Part shown: in pieces, positions 1 to 11,894 of the stretch
Layout of the letters: each line of letters begins with the position of its first letter
Numbering within the stretch: position 1 is the stretch's first letter
Source of the DNA: Octopus bimaculoides
Taxonomy: Eukaryota
Direction: 5' to 3'
DNA length: 64,000 nt
NCBI RefSeq assembly: GCF_001194135.2
Contig: NC_068981.1
Location: forward strand, 3,156,672-3,220,671
Notes under the pieces: generated by a model
The model's database searches: none
What the model was told of the DNA's origin: nothing
What the model saw: only the letters and a program-made list of their open reading frames with translations
Position numbers and translations under genes: made by a program

Positions 1-473
1 AATAATTTACAATAATATCAGTGGCTAGCATGCGTAAAAGAACCATATATATTTGTGTACAAGTAAAAACTGTGGTTTTGAGTCGTTTTGACTGCTATTT
101 TTAGCATGCCAGTGCTTCAAATAGCACCTTTCATGTTTTGTTGCATACACGCATTTTTGCCAGTATATACGCAGTGAAGCTATACAATAGCGTCGTTTTT
201 ATATCGATTGCTATTCTCCAGCAAATATCGGTACCTTGTTGTACCATTCTTATGAATATATATATATATATATATGAATTAAAACAGTTCAAATTCATTG
301 GTACTCTTGAGTTTCAAGTGCAATGCTAGTCATCAGCCATATTTATATATACATCATCATTATCACCATTTTAACATCCTGCACTCTTCCATACTTGTAT
401 GAGTCAGAGGGAGTATATTGAGGCAAATTTTCAATGGCTGGATGCCTTTCTTGTTGCCAACTGTCACCATATG

Positions 474-520
<47 letters not shown>

Positions 521-1529
521 CAGAGGATAGCATCAAGAAACGAAGTCTATGGAGTTCTCAGTTAGCTCATTAAGAATATTCTTTTCTACTCTAGGCACAA
601 GGCCTGAGATTTTGGGGGAAGGGGACAGTCAATTAGATTGACCCCAGTATGCAACTGAAACTTTATTTATCGACCCCTGAAAGGAAGAAAGGCAAAGTAG
701 CCCTCGGCAGAATGTGAAGACAGATGAGATACCACTAAGCATTTCACCCGGTGTGCTAATGTTTCTGCCAGCTCACCACCTTTGCTCATTAAAGATATTA
801 TAAGGGATAGCTTTTACTAACTACAAAAATGATTAGTGCTAACGGTATTAAACTGAATGAATAGTAGCTAGGTCCAAAAAAGAAAGAAAGTCAGATTTCC
901 TGATATAATGTTGTAACAAAAAAGAAGAAAATGTATTTATTTGTTTGCGCTAAAAAGTAAACTCTATTAACAAAAAGAAAATGTATTTATTTGAGTGTTT
1001 GAGTAAGTAAACTGTATGATATGTAAGAATTCAGTTACCCTGCGTTGATATTTAAATATTGATAATCTGTGAGGCTGGAGAGAAGTTACATATGGACTGT
1101 TAGGCATACAATGTTGACTTCAATGAAAGGTTCATTTGCATGTAAATTGAGAAAACAGCTGGCCAAAAAACAGTTTGCTGATGTGTGTAGAAACACCAGC
1201 TGTAAATGAACAGTATATGTGTGTGTATATATATGTATTATGGTGTACCTATTCTCGAAATCAGGACATATTGATATTAGGGATTATTAATATCAATATG
1301 AACATATCTATGTGAATTTCATTTATATCATATTATTGGAGCATTGACAAATTTGTGAAGTCCTTTTATGAAATTCTAAAATGCAGCTGTAGAATTAGCT
1401 AAGGGTTTTTTTTATATATATGGTGTACTATCCTCTTTAATTTTACAAGTGAAAAAGGAAATTCATTTTACACACACACTCACACATATATATATATGAT
1501 ATGCATATATATATATATATATATATATA

Positions 1530-2239
1530 NNNNNNNNNNNNNNNNNNNNNNNNNNNNNNNNNNNNNNNNNNNNNNNNNNNNNNNNNNNNNNNNNNNNNNN
1601 NNNNNNNNNNNNNNNNNNNNNNNNNNNNNNNNNNNNNNNNNNNNNNNNNNNNNNNNNNNNNNNNNNNNNNNNNNNNNNNNNNNNNNNNNNNNNNNNNNNN
1701 NNNNNNNNNNNNNNNNNNNNNNNNNNNNNNNNNNNNNNNNNNNNNNNNNNNNNNNNNNNNNNNNNNNNNNNNNNNNNNNNNNNNNNNNNNNNNNNNNNNN
1801 NNNNNNNNNNNNNNNNNNNNNNNNNNNNNNNNNNNNNNNNNNNNNNNNNNNNNNNNNNNNNNNNNNNNNNNNNNNNNNNNNNNNNNNNNNNNNNNNNNNN
1901 NNNNNNNNNNNNNNNNNNNNNNNNNNNNNNNNNNNNNNNNNNNNNNNNNNNNNNNNNNNNNNNNNNNNNNNNNNNNNNNNNNNNNNNNNNNNNNNNNNNN
2001 NNNNNNNNNNNNNNNNNNNNNNNNNNNNNNNNNNNNNNNNNNNNNNNNNNNNNNNNNNNNNNNNNNNNNNNNNNNNNNNNNNNNNNNNNNNNNNNNNNNN
2101 NNNNNNNNNNNNNNNNNNNNNNNNNNNNNNNNNNNNNNNNNNNNNNNNNNNNNNNNNNNNNNNNNNNNNNNNNNNNNNNNNNNNNNNNNNNNNNNNNNNN
2201 NNNNNNNNNNNNNNNNNNNNNNNNNNNNNNNNNNNNNNN
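1530..2239. other. Assembly gap (710 N); further gaps at 8124-8133 and 42128-42181
   Basis: N-runs, each flanked by microsatellite or low-complexity sequence. Confidence 1.
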
Positions 2240-3060
2240 TCCCCCTCTCTCACATTTCCCTGCCTTCTCTTCTTGCTCACTTTCCCTCCTCATTTCACTT
2301 CATTATGTCCCTGTCATTTTTACTTGCCCCCTCCTTATTTCTTCTGTCCCTCTGCCTCTACCTCTCTCCGGTGTTCGTCCAGGCCTGACCTTTCTTTTGT
2401 GGTTCGGCCGCTGTCCGTGCAACATCTATATTCCCCCCTGTGCCTGTGAAATCCTGTATCCCTGCCGTAAGGCTTTACTTCCACACACGCCATCTTAATT
2501 TAATTCATCCTTAGTTGAAAGACACCTGTTGTTATGTCCTGTTATTTGTATTTGTGTAACATTCTCCATTTTTTTCCGTACTTGTTTTTGTATACATTCA
2601 CTGCTTTCTTTCAAGGAATCTAATGCTCTTAGCTTAGTTTTTCTTGGGGCTGGTGAGATTGGAGCAATCTTGAGTATAACCAGCCAAAATTGCAAAGATA
2701 ATCTGGAACTCGACTGGGGAAAGAAAACTTCGAATGACCCATCCTTGTTTTCTTTGTATCATCTATCTGGATGTTTTGTTGTCCCTTTTTTGTATCACCT
2801 AACTGTCTGGATGTTTTGCGCTCTTGTCCCATATTGTATTTTTTATATATAAAATAATATATATATATGTACTGAACCCTGAATGGAAAGACAAAAAGAT
2901 GTTGTTTATCATGCAGCTTTGCAATAAGTTCCAAGTTGACAAATTATATCATTGTTTTGATGCAAATTGTTCATTGCTTGAAAAATATTAATAAAATTTA
3001 ATATGTATTCAATGCATAAAGTGCCATTGTTGGCTTAATGAAGAGCCCTCCACAGGAGAC

Positions 3061-3098
3061 AGCTTAAAAGCTGCCTGATAGGGCAGCTTTTAAGCTAG
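3061..3098 (+). mobile_element. Probable Helitron 3' terminus
   Basis: Perfect 15-bp hairpin AGCTTAAAAGCTGCC(TGATAG)GGCAGCTTTTAAGCT running into CTAG, followed by T. Confidence 0.5.
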
Positions 3099-3455
3099 TA
3101 TAATAATAATAACAAATAAATATAACAAATAAATAAATATAAAATGTTTTATGTTGTTGTCAGGATTCTTGTGTCCAATTCACAGTTTTATGAAAGTTTA
3201 AAAACTCCACAAAATCATTTTTACTGCCATTACTGCTTTTAACTTGGACTTGTTTTGTACATACCATCTTGAATGTTGTTAAAATTCATTCTGGTATGGC
3301 TATAATTGTAAGATTAAATCTGGTTCATTCAATGAAAAATTCTTCAAATTCTCTGAGATGTTTTAGCTATGTTTTATTGAAACAAACTCTCTAAATTCAA
3401 AAAGTTACTGTTACTGAAACCATAACATTTTTGAAAAGAGAGTGTCAATTTACTG

Positions 3456-3642
3456 CAGGGGTCCCCAAACTTTTTAGACCATTGACCTCTTTGTGGAATC
3501 TTTGACCCCCTTCATCAACCCCCAGGCATGTACATGAAAATAAATAAATAATGATGATAATTAAGTAGATGTGTATTTATCGACCCCTTGAATAATCCCA
3601 TTGACCTCCAGGGGTCGATATCAACCACTTTGAAGACCCTTG
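3456..3642. mobile_element. hAT-like MITE
   Basis: Ends CAGGGGTCCCCAAAC and TTGAAGACCCTTG form imperfect CAG/CTG terminal inverted repeats (TIRs). Confidence 0.55.
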
Positions 3643-3784
3643 GTTTAATGGATCATATCTGTTACATATATAGTTGATGATTTGTGAAAAGTGAAGTTGA
3701 CCCTGTCAGGATTTCAAATTAGTATGTAAAGGGAAATAACCATTATTGTCATCCACCCTTCTCACTCTCAATATTAATCGCCGA

Positions 3785-4010
3785 GAGGAAGGCAGCGAGC
3801 TGGCAGAACCATTAGGACGCCAGGCGAAATGCTTAGGGGTATTTCGGCTGCAGTTACATTCTGAGTTCAAATTCCACCAAGGTCGATTTTGCCTTTCATC
3901 CTTTCAGGGTCAATTAAATAAGTACCAGTCACATACTAATCCTTTTGTCTGTCCTTGTTTGTCCCCTCTGTTTAGGCCCCTGTGGTCAATAAAGAAATTA
4001 AAAAAATATT
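3785..4010 (+). mobile_element. tRNA-SINE family B (other copies near 570-785, 7810-8030, 24340-25025 x3, 38890-39085, 49290-49510)
   Basis: Head GGCAGCGAGCTGGCAGAA...GAGTTCAAATTCC and body GCCTTTCATCCTTTCAGGGTCAAT...AAGTACCAG recur in both orientations. Confidence 0.8.
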
Positions 4011-4953
4011 AGTATCCTAGAGTGTTACCTGATATATCATGGGTAACTTTGGAAGTATATTTTTACCACAGTGGGTAATATCTGGAAATATGGCATACAT
4101 ACATCATGCTCATCATCACTTAACGTTCATTTTCCATGCTGGCATGGGTTGGACAGTTTGACAGGCGCTGGCAAGTTGGAGGGTTGCATCTGGCTCCAAC
4201 TGCCTGTTTTGGCATGGTTTCTATGGCTGGAAGCCCTTCCTAATGTCAACAACTTTACAGAGTGTACTGGGTGCTTTTTGAGTGGCACCAGCACCAGTGC
4301 TTTTTAATGTGGTGCCCGCATGGGTGCCTTTTACAGTGATTGTAATTTAACTTTTATTATAATCTCTTGGTGCTCATACAAAATGATGAAATGAAAAAGC
4401 TTTATGGAGCTAAAAGCTTTGTTAGCAATAAAGGATTCTCTTTTCAGAAGAAAAATACATTGTATGATACTTATGCACAAAATGTAACATTAAAGGGAAG
4501 CACAACATAGGTACTAAATGAGGATGATGTGTGAAAACTGGGAAAAAGCAATGAAGTGAGCATGCTTCACTACATGTATGCTGGCAGCTTCCAAATATAC
4601 CACCTTCGAAATCATAAGCAAAAACACTCTGTTGTACCAGTCTGATATTTAGGAGTCTTTACTTGTTTAAGTGCCAATCTAAAGAAATCAGAAATATAAA
4701 AGGAACCCCTACTGAAATATTAAAAAGGAACATTGAATAAACAGCCAACCATTCAAGGAAACACTCAGGGAAGATCAGCTGCTACAAATTCAATCACAGA
4801 CAACTTCCAGCCATAAAGTGATGATAAAACTGATAGAAAATAAATTAAGGCGGTGCTCAAAGCATAGCTGCAGTCTCACCATTGAAACCATCTACTATAA
4901 TAATAGCCATGATAGATCACTGACCACTACACACATTTTTTTCTCTCCTTGTT

Positions 4954-4991
4954 TCTTTCTGTTGAAGAGCGTAGGCTCGAAACATTAAAGA
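4954..4991 (+). ncRNA. Hammerhead-like motif, core variant (A6U)
   Basis: TCTTT-CTGTTGA-A-GAGC(GTAG)GCTC-GAAA-CATT-AAAGA. Stem I (5 bp), stem II (4 bp) and GAAA are in hammerhead order, but the core reads CUGUUGA and stem III is broken (ACAT instead of ACGT). Confidence 0.4.
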
Positions 4992-6870
4992 CTTTCTCTA
5001 TTCCCAAGCATTATACTAGTACATTCATTTGTTGTCTACACCACCTGTCTTCGTCTGTTTTTTTTTCGTGAATTCTCCCTATACTATAATAATACTTTTG
5101 TGTCTTTCTTCATCACAACATATGAATGAGAAAGGAAGGGGTGAAAGCTGAATAAGGAAGGAAGGGGTGATAGATGAATAAGGAAGGAAGGGGTGATGGC
5201 AAACTTGGTATTGGGATGATGGAAGTTGTATGGTCAAAAAAAAATCAAACAGCTTTTCAACTCAGTGTGAGTATGTGTGTGTGTATGTAAAAGGGAGTCA
5301 TGTAAATGTTTGTGTATGTGTGTGTTTGTGTATGTGTGTGTGTCTATGTGTGTGTGTATGTGTGTGTGTGTGTATGTGTGTGTGTGTAATGAAAGCGGGA
5401 TGGTGAACATTAAATGCTAAAAAGAAAAATCAAACAGCGTTTCAATGCTGTGTGAGTATATGTGTGTATGTGTGTGCATGTACAAGGGAAGTACGTGAAT
5501 GTTTGTATGTGTGATTATTATGTACCTTATCTATATATAAAATCCTACAATTAGCTGTCATTTTTGATGGCACAGGGCCAGCTTGTTAAAAGAATAAAAC
5601 AATATAAATGATGGCACACAAATGAGCTGAGTGAAAAACTGGGTTAGTAAACTGGATGCAGTGTAAAAGAGAAGAGAGTGTGATGGTATGGACATGTAAT
5701 GCATCTGGAGGAATAACAGTTATCTTTTTATCTTTTACTTGCTTTAGTCATTGGACTGAGGCCATACTGGAGCACTGCCTTGAAGGGTTTCATCAAACGA
5801 ATTGACTCCAGTACTTTTATAAGACTCTTTTGTTGAAATGCCAAGTTACAGGGATGTAGACAAACCAAACAATGATAGGGTGCAAATACACACATAGGCA
5901 TACACACGTGACAGGCTTGTCCACAGTTTCTGTCTATCAAATTCACTCACAAAACATTGGTCAACACAGGGTTATAGTAGAGGACACAGCTCAAAGTGCT
6001 GCACAATGGGGTTGAACCTCAAGCCATGCGGTTGCAAGATGAGCTTCTTAACCATACAGCCACATTTGGGTTAAAAAAATCTGCAGAAGATGTGAACAGA
6101 GGCACTGAAAGCTGGTTTCAAGATGGGGCATCTGATGAAGGAGGTGGCAAGTGACCACAACAAGGGGGGAGATGCTGTGCTGCAGAAATCCCATCCAGGG
6201 AGGAAAGGATGTAAAAACAGATGTTATAAAATGATAATTATTAAAAGGAAATCCAGTACTGTTTGGGATTAGATTTATAAAAAATTTTATTTACATACTT
6301 TTACCCTCAATGTGAATATAGAACCTTGAGGACAAACCACAGAACTTTTAGCAACCTGACTATTTAATTATTGATCATTTAAATACCACCACCACCACCA
6401 CTGCTGCTGCCACCCACTTTCATTTAACGTCCACTTTCCATGCTGGCATGGGTTAGACGGTCTGACTGGAACTGGCAAGCCCGTGAGCTGTACCAGGATC
6501 CAGTCTGACTTTAGCTTGGTTTCTACAGCTGCATGTCCTTCTTAACACCAACCACTCTGAGAGTGTGGTGGGTGCCTTTTACGTCTCACTGGCATGGGTG
6601 CTTTTATGTGTCACTGGCATGAATGTTGTTACGTGTCAACAGCACCAGCCACTGGCTTGATGAGTCTTCTCGAGCACAGCAAAATGCCAAAAGACATGAA
6701 AACTTGTCATTGCCTCTGTGAGACACCACATTCGAAGATCATGCTTTACCATCTTGTCCCCTATCTTCCTGGGTCTACCTCTTCCACAGGTTACCTCTGC
6801 AATTAGAGATTAGCTCTTCTTTATGCAGCATCCATTCGCATCACATGACCATACCAGCACAGTTCTATAT

Positions 6871-7183
6871 CTAAGAGATGAGGAATTATGTACATTATTT
6901 ACATTTGACAGATATTTGTCCTCATCTTGTTTGTTGTTAACACAACATTTCGGCTGGTATACTCTCCAGCCTTCATCAGGTGTCTTGGGCAAATTTCGAA
7001 CCTGTGTTCTCATTCCTAAGGTATGTTTCAATGTTGTTGTTGTTGTTATTATCATCATCATCATCATCAGCATCATCATTATTATTATTATTATTATTAT
7101 TATTAATATTATTATTCAGGTCACTGCCTGGAATCGAACTTGGAATCTTGGGGTTAGTAGCCCGTGCTCTTAATCACTACACC

Positions 7184-7238
<55 letters not shown>

Positions 7239-7385
7239 CAACAACAACATCAAAAAAATACCTTAGGAATGAGAACCCAGGTTCGAAATTTCCCCAAGAC
7301 ACCTGGAGGGTATATCAGCTGAAACGTGTTAACAACAAAGAAGATGAGGACAAATATTCGTCAAGTGTAAATAATGTAAATAACA
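6871..7385 (-). mobile_element. tRNA-derived SINE with a hammerhead-bearing tail and an inverted second tail
   Basis: tRNA-like head at 7117-7185 (minus: TGGTGTAGTGATT...GTTCGATTCC, A and B boxes), triplet microsatellite, tail 6871-7024. An inverted tail copy at 7258-7383 has a deleted core. Confidence 0.7.
6939..6984 (-). ncRNA. Minimal type-I hammerhead ribozyme motif
   Basis: Minus strand: GACAC-CTGATGA-A-GGCTGG(AGAGTATA)CCAGCC-GAAA-TGTT-GTGTT. Stem I is GACAC/GTGTT and stem II is a perfect 6 bp. There is an extra A after A9, and stem III has no loop so it needs a dimer. Confidence 0.7.
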
Positions 7386-8031
7386 TCCCAGCACAGTTGT
7401 GTTTCTTATGCCCAATTTTCCAAGGCTTTCGCCCAGTTTTTTTCTTAGGACACTTACACCATGTTGTATATGCACACTGACATTGCACTTCCAGCAGAGC
7501 ATACTAGATTCATTTCTTTCAAGCCTTCACATATCCTCTTCAGTTACACCCCATGTTTCACTGTCGTTTAGCATGGTTGTTCACACACAGCCATCATACA
7601 ATCTGCCCTTCATTTTGAGGGAGAGGCCCTTTGTTGCCAACAGAAGTAGAAGCTCCCTGAACATTGCCTGGCCTATTCTTATTCTAACAGCTACACTCTC
7701 AGAGCATCCACCTCCACTGCTGATTTGGTCACCTAGGTAACAAAAGCTATCAACTACTTCTAGATATCGGCATTTGATGGGGTCTACTTTCTGTCTATTT
7801 TCATAATAACAAAAATAATGGTTTCAAATTTTGGTACAAGGCCAGCAATTTGAGGAGAGGAGGTAAGTTGATTACATCGACCTTAGTATGCAACTGGTAC
7901 TTATTTTATCAACTATGAAAGGATGAAAGGCAAAGTCAACCTTGGTGGAATTTGAACTCAGAGTGTAAGGATGGATGAAATTCTGTTAGGCATTTCACCT
8001 GGCATGCTAATGATTCTTTCAGCTCACCACC

Positions 8032-8100
<69 letters not shown>

Positions 8101-8194
8101 ATAGTAGTCATGGTGGTGGTGGTNNNNNNNNNNAGTAGTAGTAGTAATAGTAGTCATGGTGGTGGTGGTGGTGATGGTGGTAGTGGTGGTGGTG

Positions 8195-8230
<36 letters not shown>

Positions 8231-8300
8231 GTAATGATAACAATGATGATGATAGTGATGATGATAATGATGATGATATTGATGATGATGATGATGATGA
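8032..8300. repeat. Compound (TAG)n/(GGT)n/(GAT)n microsatellite with a 10-N gap at 8124-8133
   Basis: Read directly. Others: (AT)n 479-517, (TATG)n/(TG)n 11866-12005, A-runs 12768-12800 and 43005-43040, (CTA)n 39193-39262, (CT)n/(AT)n around 42085-42217. Confidence 0.95.
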
Positions 8301-8301
8301 T

Positions 8302-8970
8302 AGTGGGACCTCACAGTTACACAATTACACAAGGAAGTGCTTGGAAGTGTTTAAAGATGCTGAAAACATGAGAACTTTTATCTGCAGCTCATTGAAACAT
8401 TGGAATACAAACTTAACTGCAAAAAGGGAACATCTTTGTAATGTCCAAATTAAGTGGGGGGAACTTTCAAGGTGACGGTCTTCCCCCATTGTTATTTGTG
8501 TTGGCACTCGTCCCGTTAACACCAGTGTTTAGAGATATAAAAGCAGGATACGACCTAGAAAAAGGGAGGAGAAGGAATGAACCATTTGTTATTCATGGAC
8601 GAAGTGAAATTATATGCCAAGGATAACAAGGAATTTGATACTCTAGTGAATACAGTTCACATCTTTAGTTGACATCAACGTAAAGTAAATGACGTATCTT
8701 GCTAATGAAAAGAAGAAGGTATGAAAATAGTGAAGGAATAAAATTACCAACAGACGAGGAAATTAAGGAGATCAACAAAGGTGAAGGATACTAGTATCAT
8801 GGTATACTTGAAGCAAATGATATCAGAGACAGCAAGATGAAAGAAAAGTTAAATTGAAAGAATTTAGGTTGGGTGAAAAAAAATCTTGTAATCTAAACTG
8901 AATGGCATGAATTCTAGCTCTGCTATTAACTCTGGGGCCATAAGCTTAATAATTTAGATAACTTAGATAG
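8302..8970 (+). mobile_element. R4/Dong-like non-LTR retrotransposon RT fragment
   Basis: Frameshifted translation gives FQGDGLPPLLFVLALVPL and NHLLFMDEVKLYAK (RT domains 4-5, QGD and YADD-equivalent motifs). Confidence 0.75.
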
Positions 8971-9039
8971 GTTTTGGCCAGTATAGACCCAGGCCATGTC
9001 TAACTTAATAATACTACCTGGTAAAGTCTTTTGGATCGT

Positions 9040-9790
9040 AATTCACTCCTCAGTCATATATGGGACACCGTGGCCCACTCTAACAAAGAGCTATTATTGT
9101 TAGAGACATATCCGAGTGTAGGAGGTTGGTCCAGGATTTTTTGAAGAAATTTGTCCAGAGAACTTTTGAATTTTATGGGATCTGTTTCTGTTTTGATGTA
9201 TTTTGATATGGTATTAAAGAGAGCTGGGCCAGTGGAAGTAAAGTAGTTGTGTCGTAATGTTGTTATGTGTCTTGAATTCAATTTTTGTATAGCACAGGGG
9301 CAAGTCTTGGGTGGATTTTAAAATTGATGCCAACATCATTTGTGCAATATTGATGGAATATTTTCTACATCACACAAATGATGCAGTATTTACAGCAGTG
9401 TTGGAGAGAGTAGAGATTGAGTTTTTTCAGTCGACCCCAATAGTCAATGTCTGTCATGCGGTTTATCTTTCTTGTTATTGACCACAGGAGTGCTTCCACT
9501 TTCATAATGAGTTGCTTCGTATGGGGAGACCACAGTGGGCAGCAGTATTCAAGGTGGGGTCGGGCAAAAGTAGAGTAAGAAATTTCTCAGAATCCAGGAG
9601 CATATCTTGCAGGCCAAGTCAACCTTGCTGTTTATGTGGGAACTTCAGCTTAGATTGTTATCAGCAATTACTCCAAGGTCTCTAGTGTTGTTGGATGATA
9701 CTAGGGAATTACCTGAGGGAAGGGCATATGGTAATTTCTGAGGTCTCCTCTTTTCCAAAGTGGATCAAATTAAACTTATATGCATTTAGA
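9040..9790 (-). mobile_element. CR1/L2-group LINE, 5'-truncated 3' portion
   Basis: Minus strand reads TRDLGVIADNNLS, RPHLEYCCPLWSP and FKSSLDKFLQKILDQP (ORF 9054..9281). Confidence 0.8.
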
Positions 9791-10149
9791 AGCATATAAG
9801 GTATGGAAGTGATCTAGTCAAATGGATAAGGATGACCTAAAAACAGAAAGACCAGAAAATTGCTTATATAGGGCATTGCATCCCCAAGATGTTCATCAGC
9901 TATACATAAAGAGGAATAAATAAATCAGGACAAGCACTAGTGTAACTAGAGTGTGTGCCGCCCCCAGACCCCAACAAGAAACACATATTGCCTACAGCAA
10001 GAGCCAGCAACAGGACGAAAGGTGCCACCCCTTTAAAAGTGCCGCTAGGGGTGGACCACCCCTACCGCCTATCTTCAGCACTTATTAACTCTTGTCTTGG
10101 CAGTATCACTAGTCATGGGCATGTTGGGTACCGTAAACAGAAATGTTGA

Positions 10150-10290
10150 AAAATCCAAGGGATATCTTGGTTGAGACAGCCTTCTCTGTTATACAGAAAA
10201 TCTGTTTATTAAGGACAGCAAGAATCTTGAAGATGTTTGATACCTAAGATTGCAAGGTGTGACTTGCTTTCCAGCAAAATGAACCGGCAT
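10150..10290 (+). mobile_element. R4/Dong-like ORF C-terminus
   Basis: IQKICLLRTARILKMFDT* resembles the QKxxLLxTARILR end of restriction-endonuclease-type non-LTR elements. Confidence 0.5.
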
Positions 10291-11039
10291 AATACCTACC
10301 TAACACCAAGAGATAAAGATACAGATAAATAATGATATTAATGATAATGAGCTTATTGTATACAATGCTCAGGTGCACTATGACGTTATACATTAATATT
10401 CCACATTATATGTATTTGTAATTCTATGCAAAAATTTAATCTTGTGTATGCTATGTTAATTCTCCATCTAATTAATGTACATGGCTAACTTTGTAGAAAT
10501 ATATGTTATCAGGTCTACCTTGATTTTGTTTACATTTTTCAGAAACAGTATCACTATGAGGCTTTGGGTAAAAGAAAATACAAGAGCATCAATTAATCAT
10601 GATTTTATTCAACATATTCCCCTCTCTGATTCACACACTTATTGCAGTAGTCCTTCAACTTTTCTAAGTCCTATAAAAGAAGTCAGAAGGTTGGGCCTCC
10701 AACCAGGCCTTTCACAATACCCTTAAAGCTAGGAACTTTTCGATACCCCACTGTAAATTCTCTCATCAGTTAAAAAAAAAATTAGAGAATCCAGAAAAGG
10801 CATTAATTGCTTTTTCTATTTTGTCTACTGGGACCATAAAGTGGACTGATTAGTCTTGTCTCATAATGAGCTTATTGTATACAATGTTCAGGTGCAATAC
10901 AACTCCTCAGGAAAACATTTTAAAAAGGGACGGAAAGCAGACATATAAGTCAAGTAAAGAAAGATAGCAGTGAAAAGTAGAAGTACATACACAGTACGTA
11001 GAATGAAATACAAAAATGCAGAAAAGTGAACAATAAAAG

Positions 11040-11290
11040 AGTCTCCAAGAGGAATGGGCTCATTGGGAGTTGTGTTGGTGCATTTCAGGAATTATGGAAT
11101 GTTTGAAGATTATAGTGTCATAAAAACTGACATGAGTAGTTTATTCCATGCTTTGACAATTCTGAGATTGAAAAAATGTTTCCTGAAGTCATTGGTGCTG
11201 TGCCAATACACATTTTTTTTTATGTAAGCAGGTTCTTCTTCATGTAAATTTCCTCTGGTTTAACCGTAAGTCTCTTTGCACAGAAGGAAA
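11040..11290 (-). mobile_element. CR1-like LINE 3' fragment (related pieces at 41455-41590 and 43930-44070, + strand)
   Basis: Shares the motif ggaaacattttttc...agaatt...gga.taaa.ta.....tcagtt with the two downstream copies. Confidence 0.55.
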
Positions 11291-11863
11291 ATACATGTTT
11301 ATTAAGCATATCTTTGTAACTCTGTATCTCAGATTTTTGATTAGATAGACCAAAGGCTGAATTAAAACTCATAGAAACCTGAAGCACTTAACATTCAAAA
11401 TATAAATTCAAAATATAGACAATAATAAACCATAGAATAAATTTTTATTTTTCAAAATGAAACGAAACTAACAGTAAGAAGGAAAATAGTGTTTATTTTT
11501 GTATTCTTCCACTTCATTTATATTTAAGTTTTCTACTATTTTTAATTGCAAAGTCTTTGATCAGATCCTTGCTATGACACCACGATCACTTCAAAATTAT
11601 ATTTCTGATCATATAAACCATTTCAAATATCATTTTTGTAAGTTTAAAGTGATTTCTTTTGTGCTGCAAACCATTTACCGTTTCTGTGGTTCCTTTCCCT
11701 TTTCCTTGATGCCCTAAGCATGTGCTTATTTTGCTTAATGGTTTATCCAGCGCTGGATACATCGTATCACTGTTTGTTGTAAGAAGAAACTAAAAGAGTT
11801 GGCATCAGGAAAAGTTTCTGGTTGTAAAACACTGACTCAAAAGTTCCCATTCAGCATATACAC

Positions 11864-11894
<31 letters not shown>

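Noticed and set aside
1463-2449. Long ORFs of 266-317 aa in the ORF track
   Set aside because: Artefacts of reading through the N-gap.
2495-2934. ORFs faintly resembling a Penelope GIY-YIG C-terminus
   Set aside because: The conserved Cys/His residues are not visible, and the similarity is too weak to call.
7117-7185. tRNA gene
   Set aside because: It has A/B boxes but no complete cloverleaf or acceptor stem, and it is attached to a repeat tail, so it was treated as a SINE head.
8095-8170. Identical roughly 35-bp sequence on both sides of the 10-N gap
   Set aside because: Most likely an unmerged contig overlap, not a real duplication.
7936-8475. Poly-His/Tyr/Ser/Asp ORFs, also poly-Ile at 6823-7480 and YVCM ORFs at 11799-12079
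   Set aside because: Translations of microsatellites.
10725-10775. Minus-strand CTGATGA...GAAA
   Set aside because: Stem II has only 2 bp and stem I does not pair, so it was not accepted as a hammerhead.
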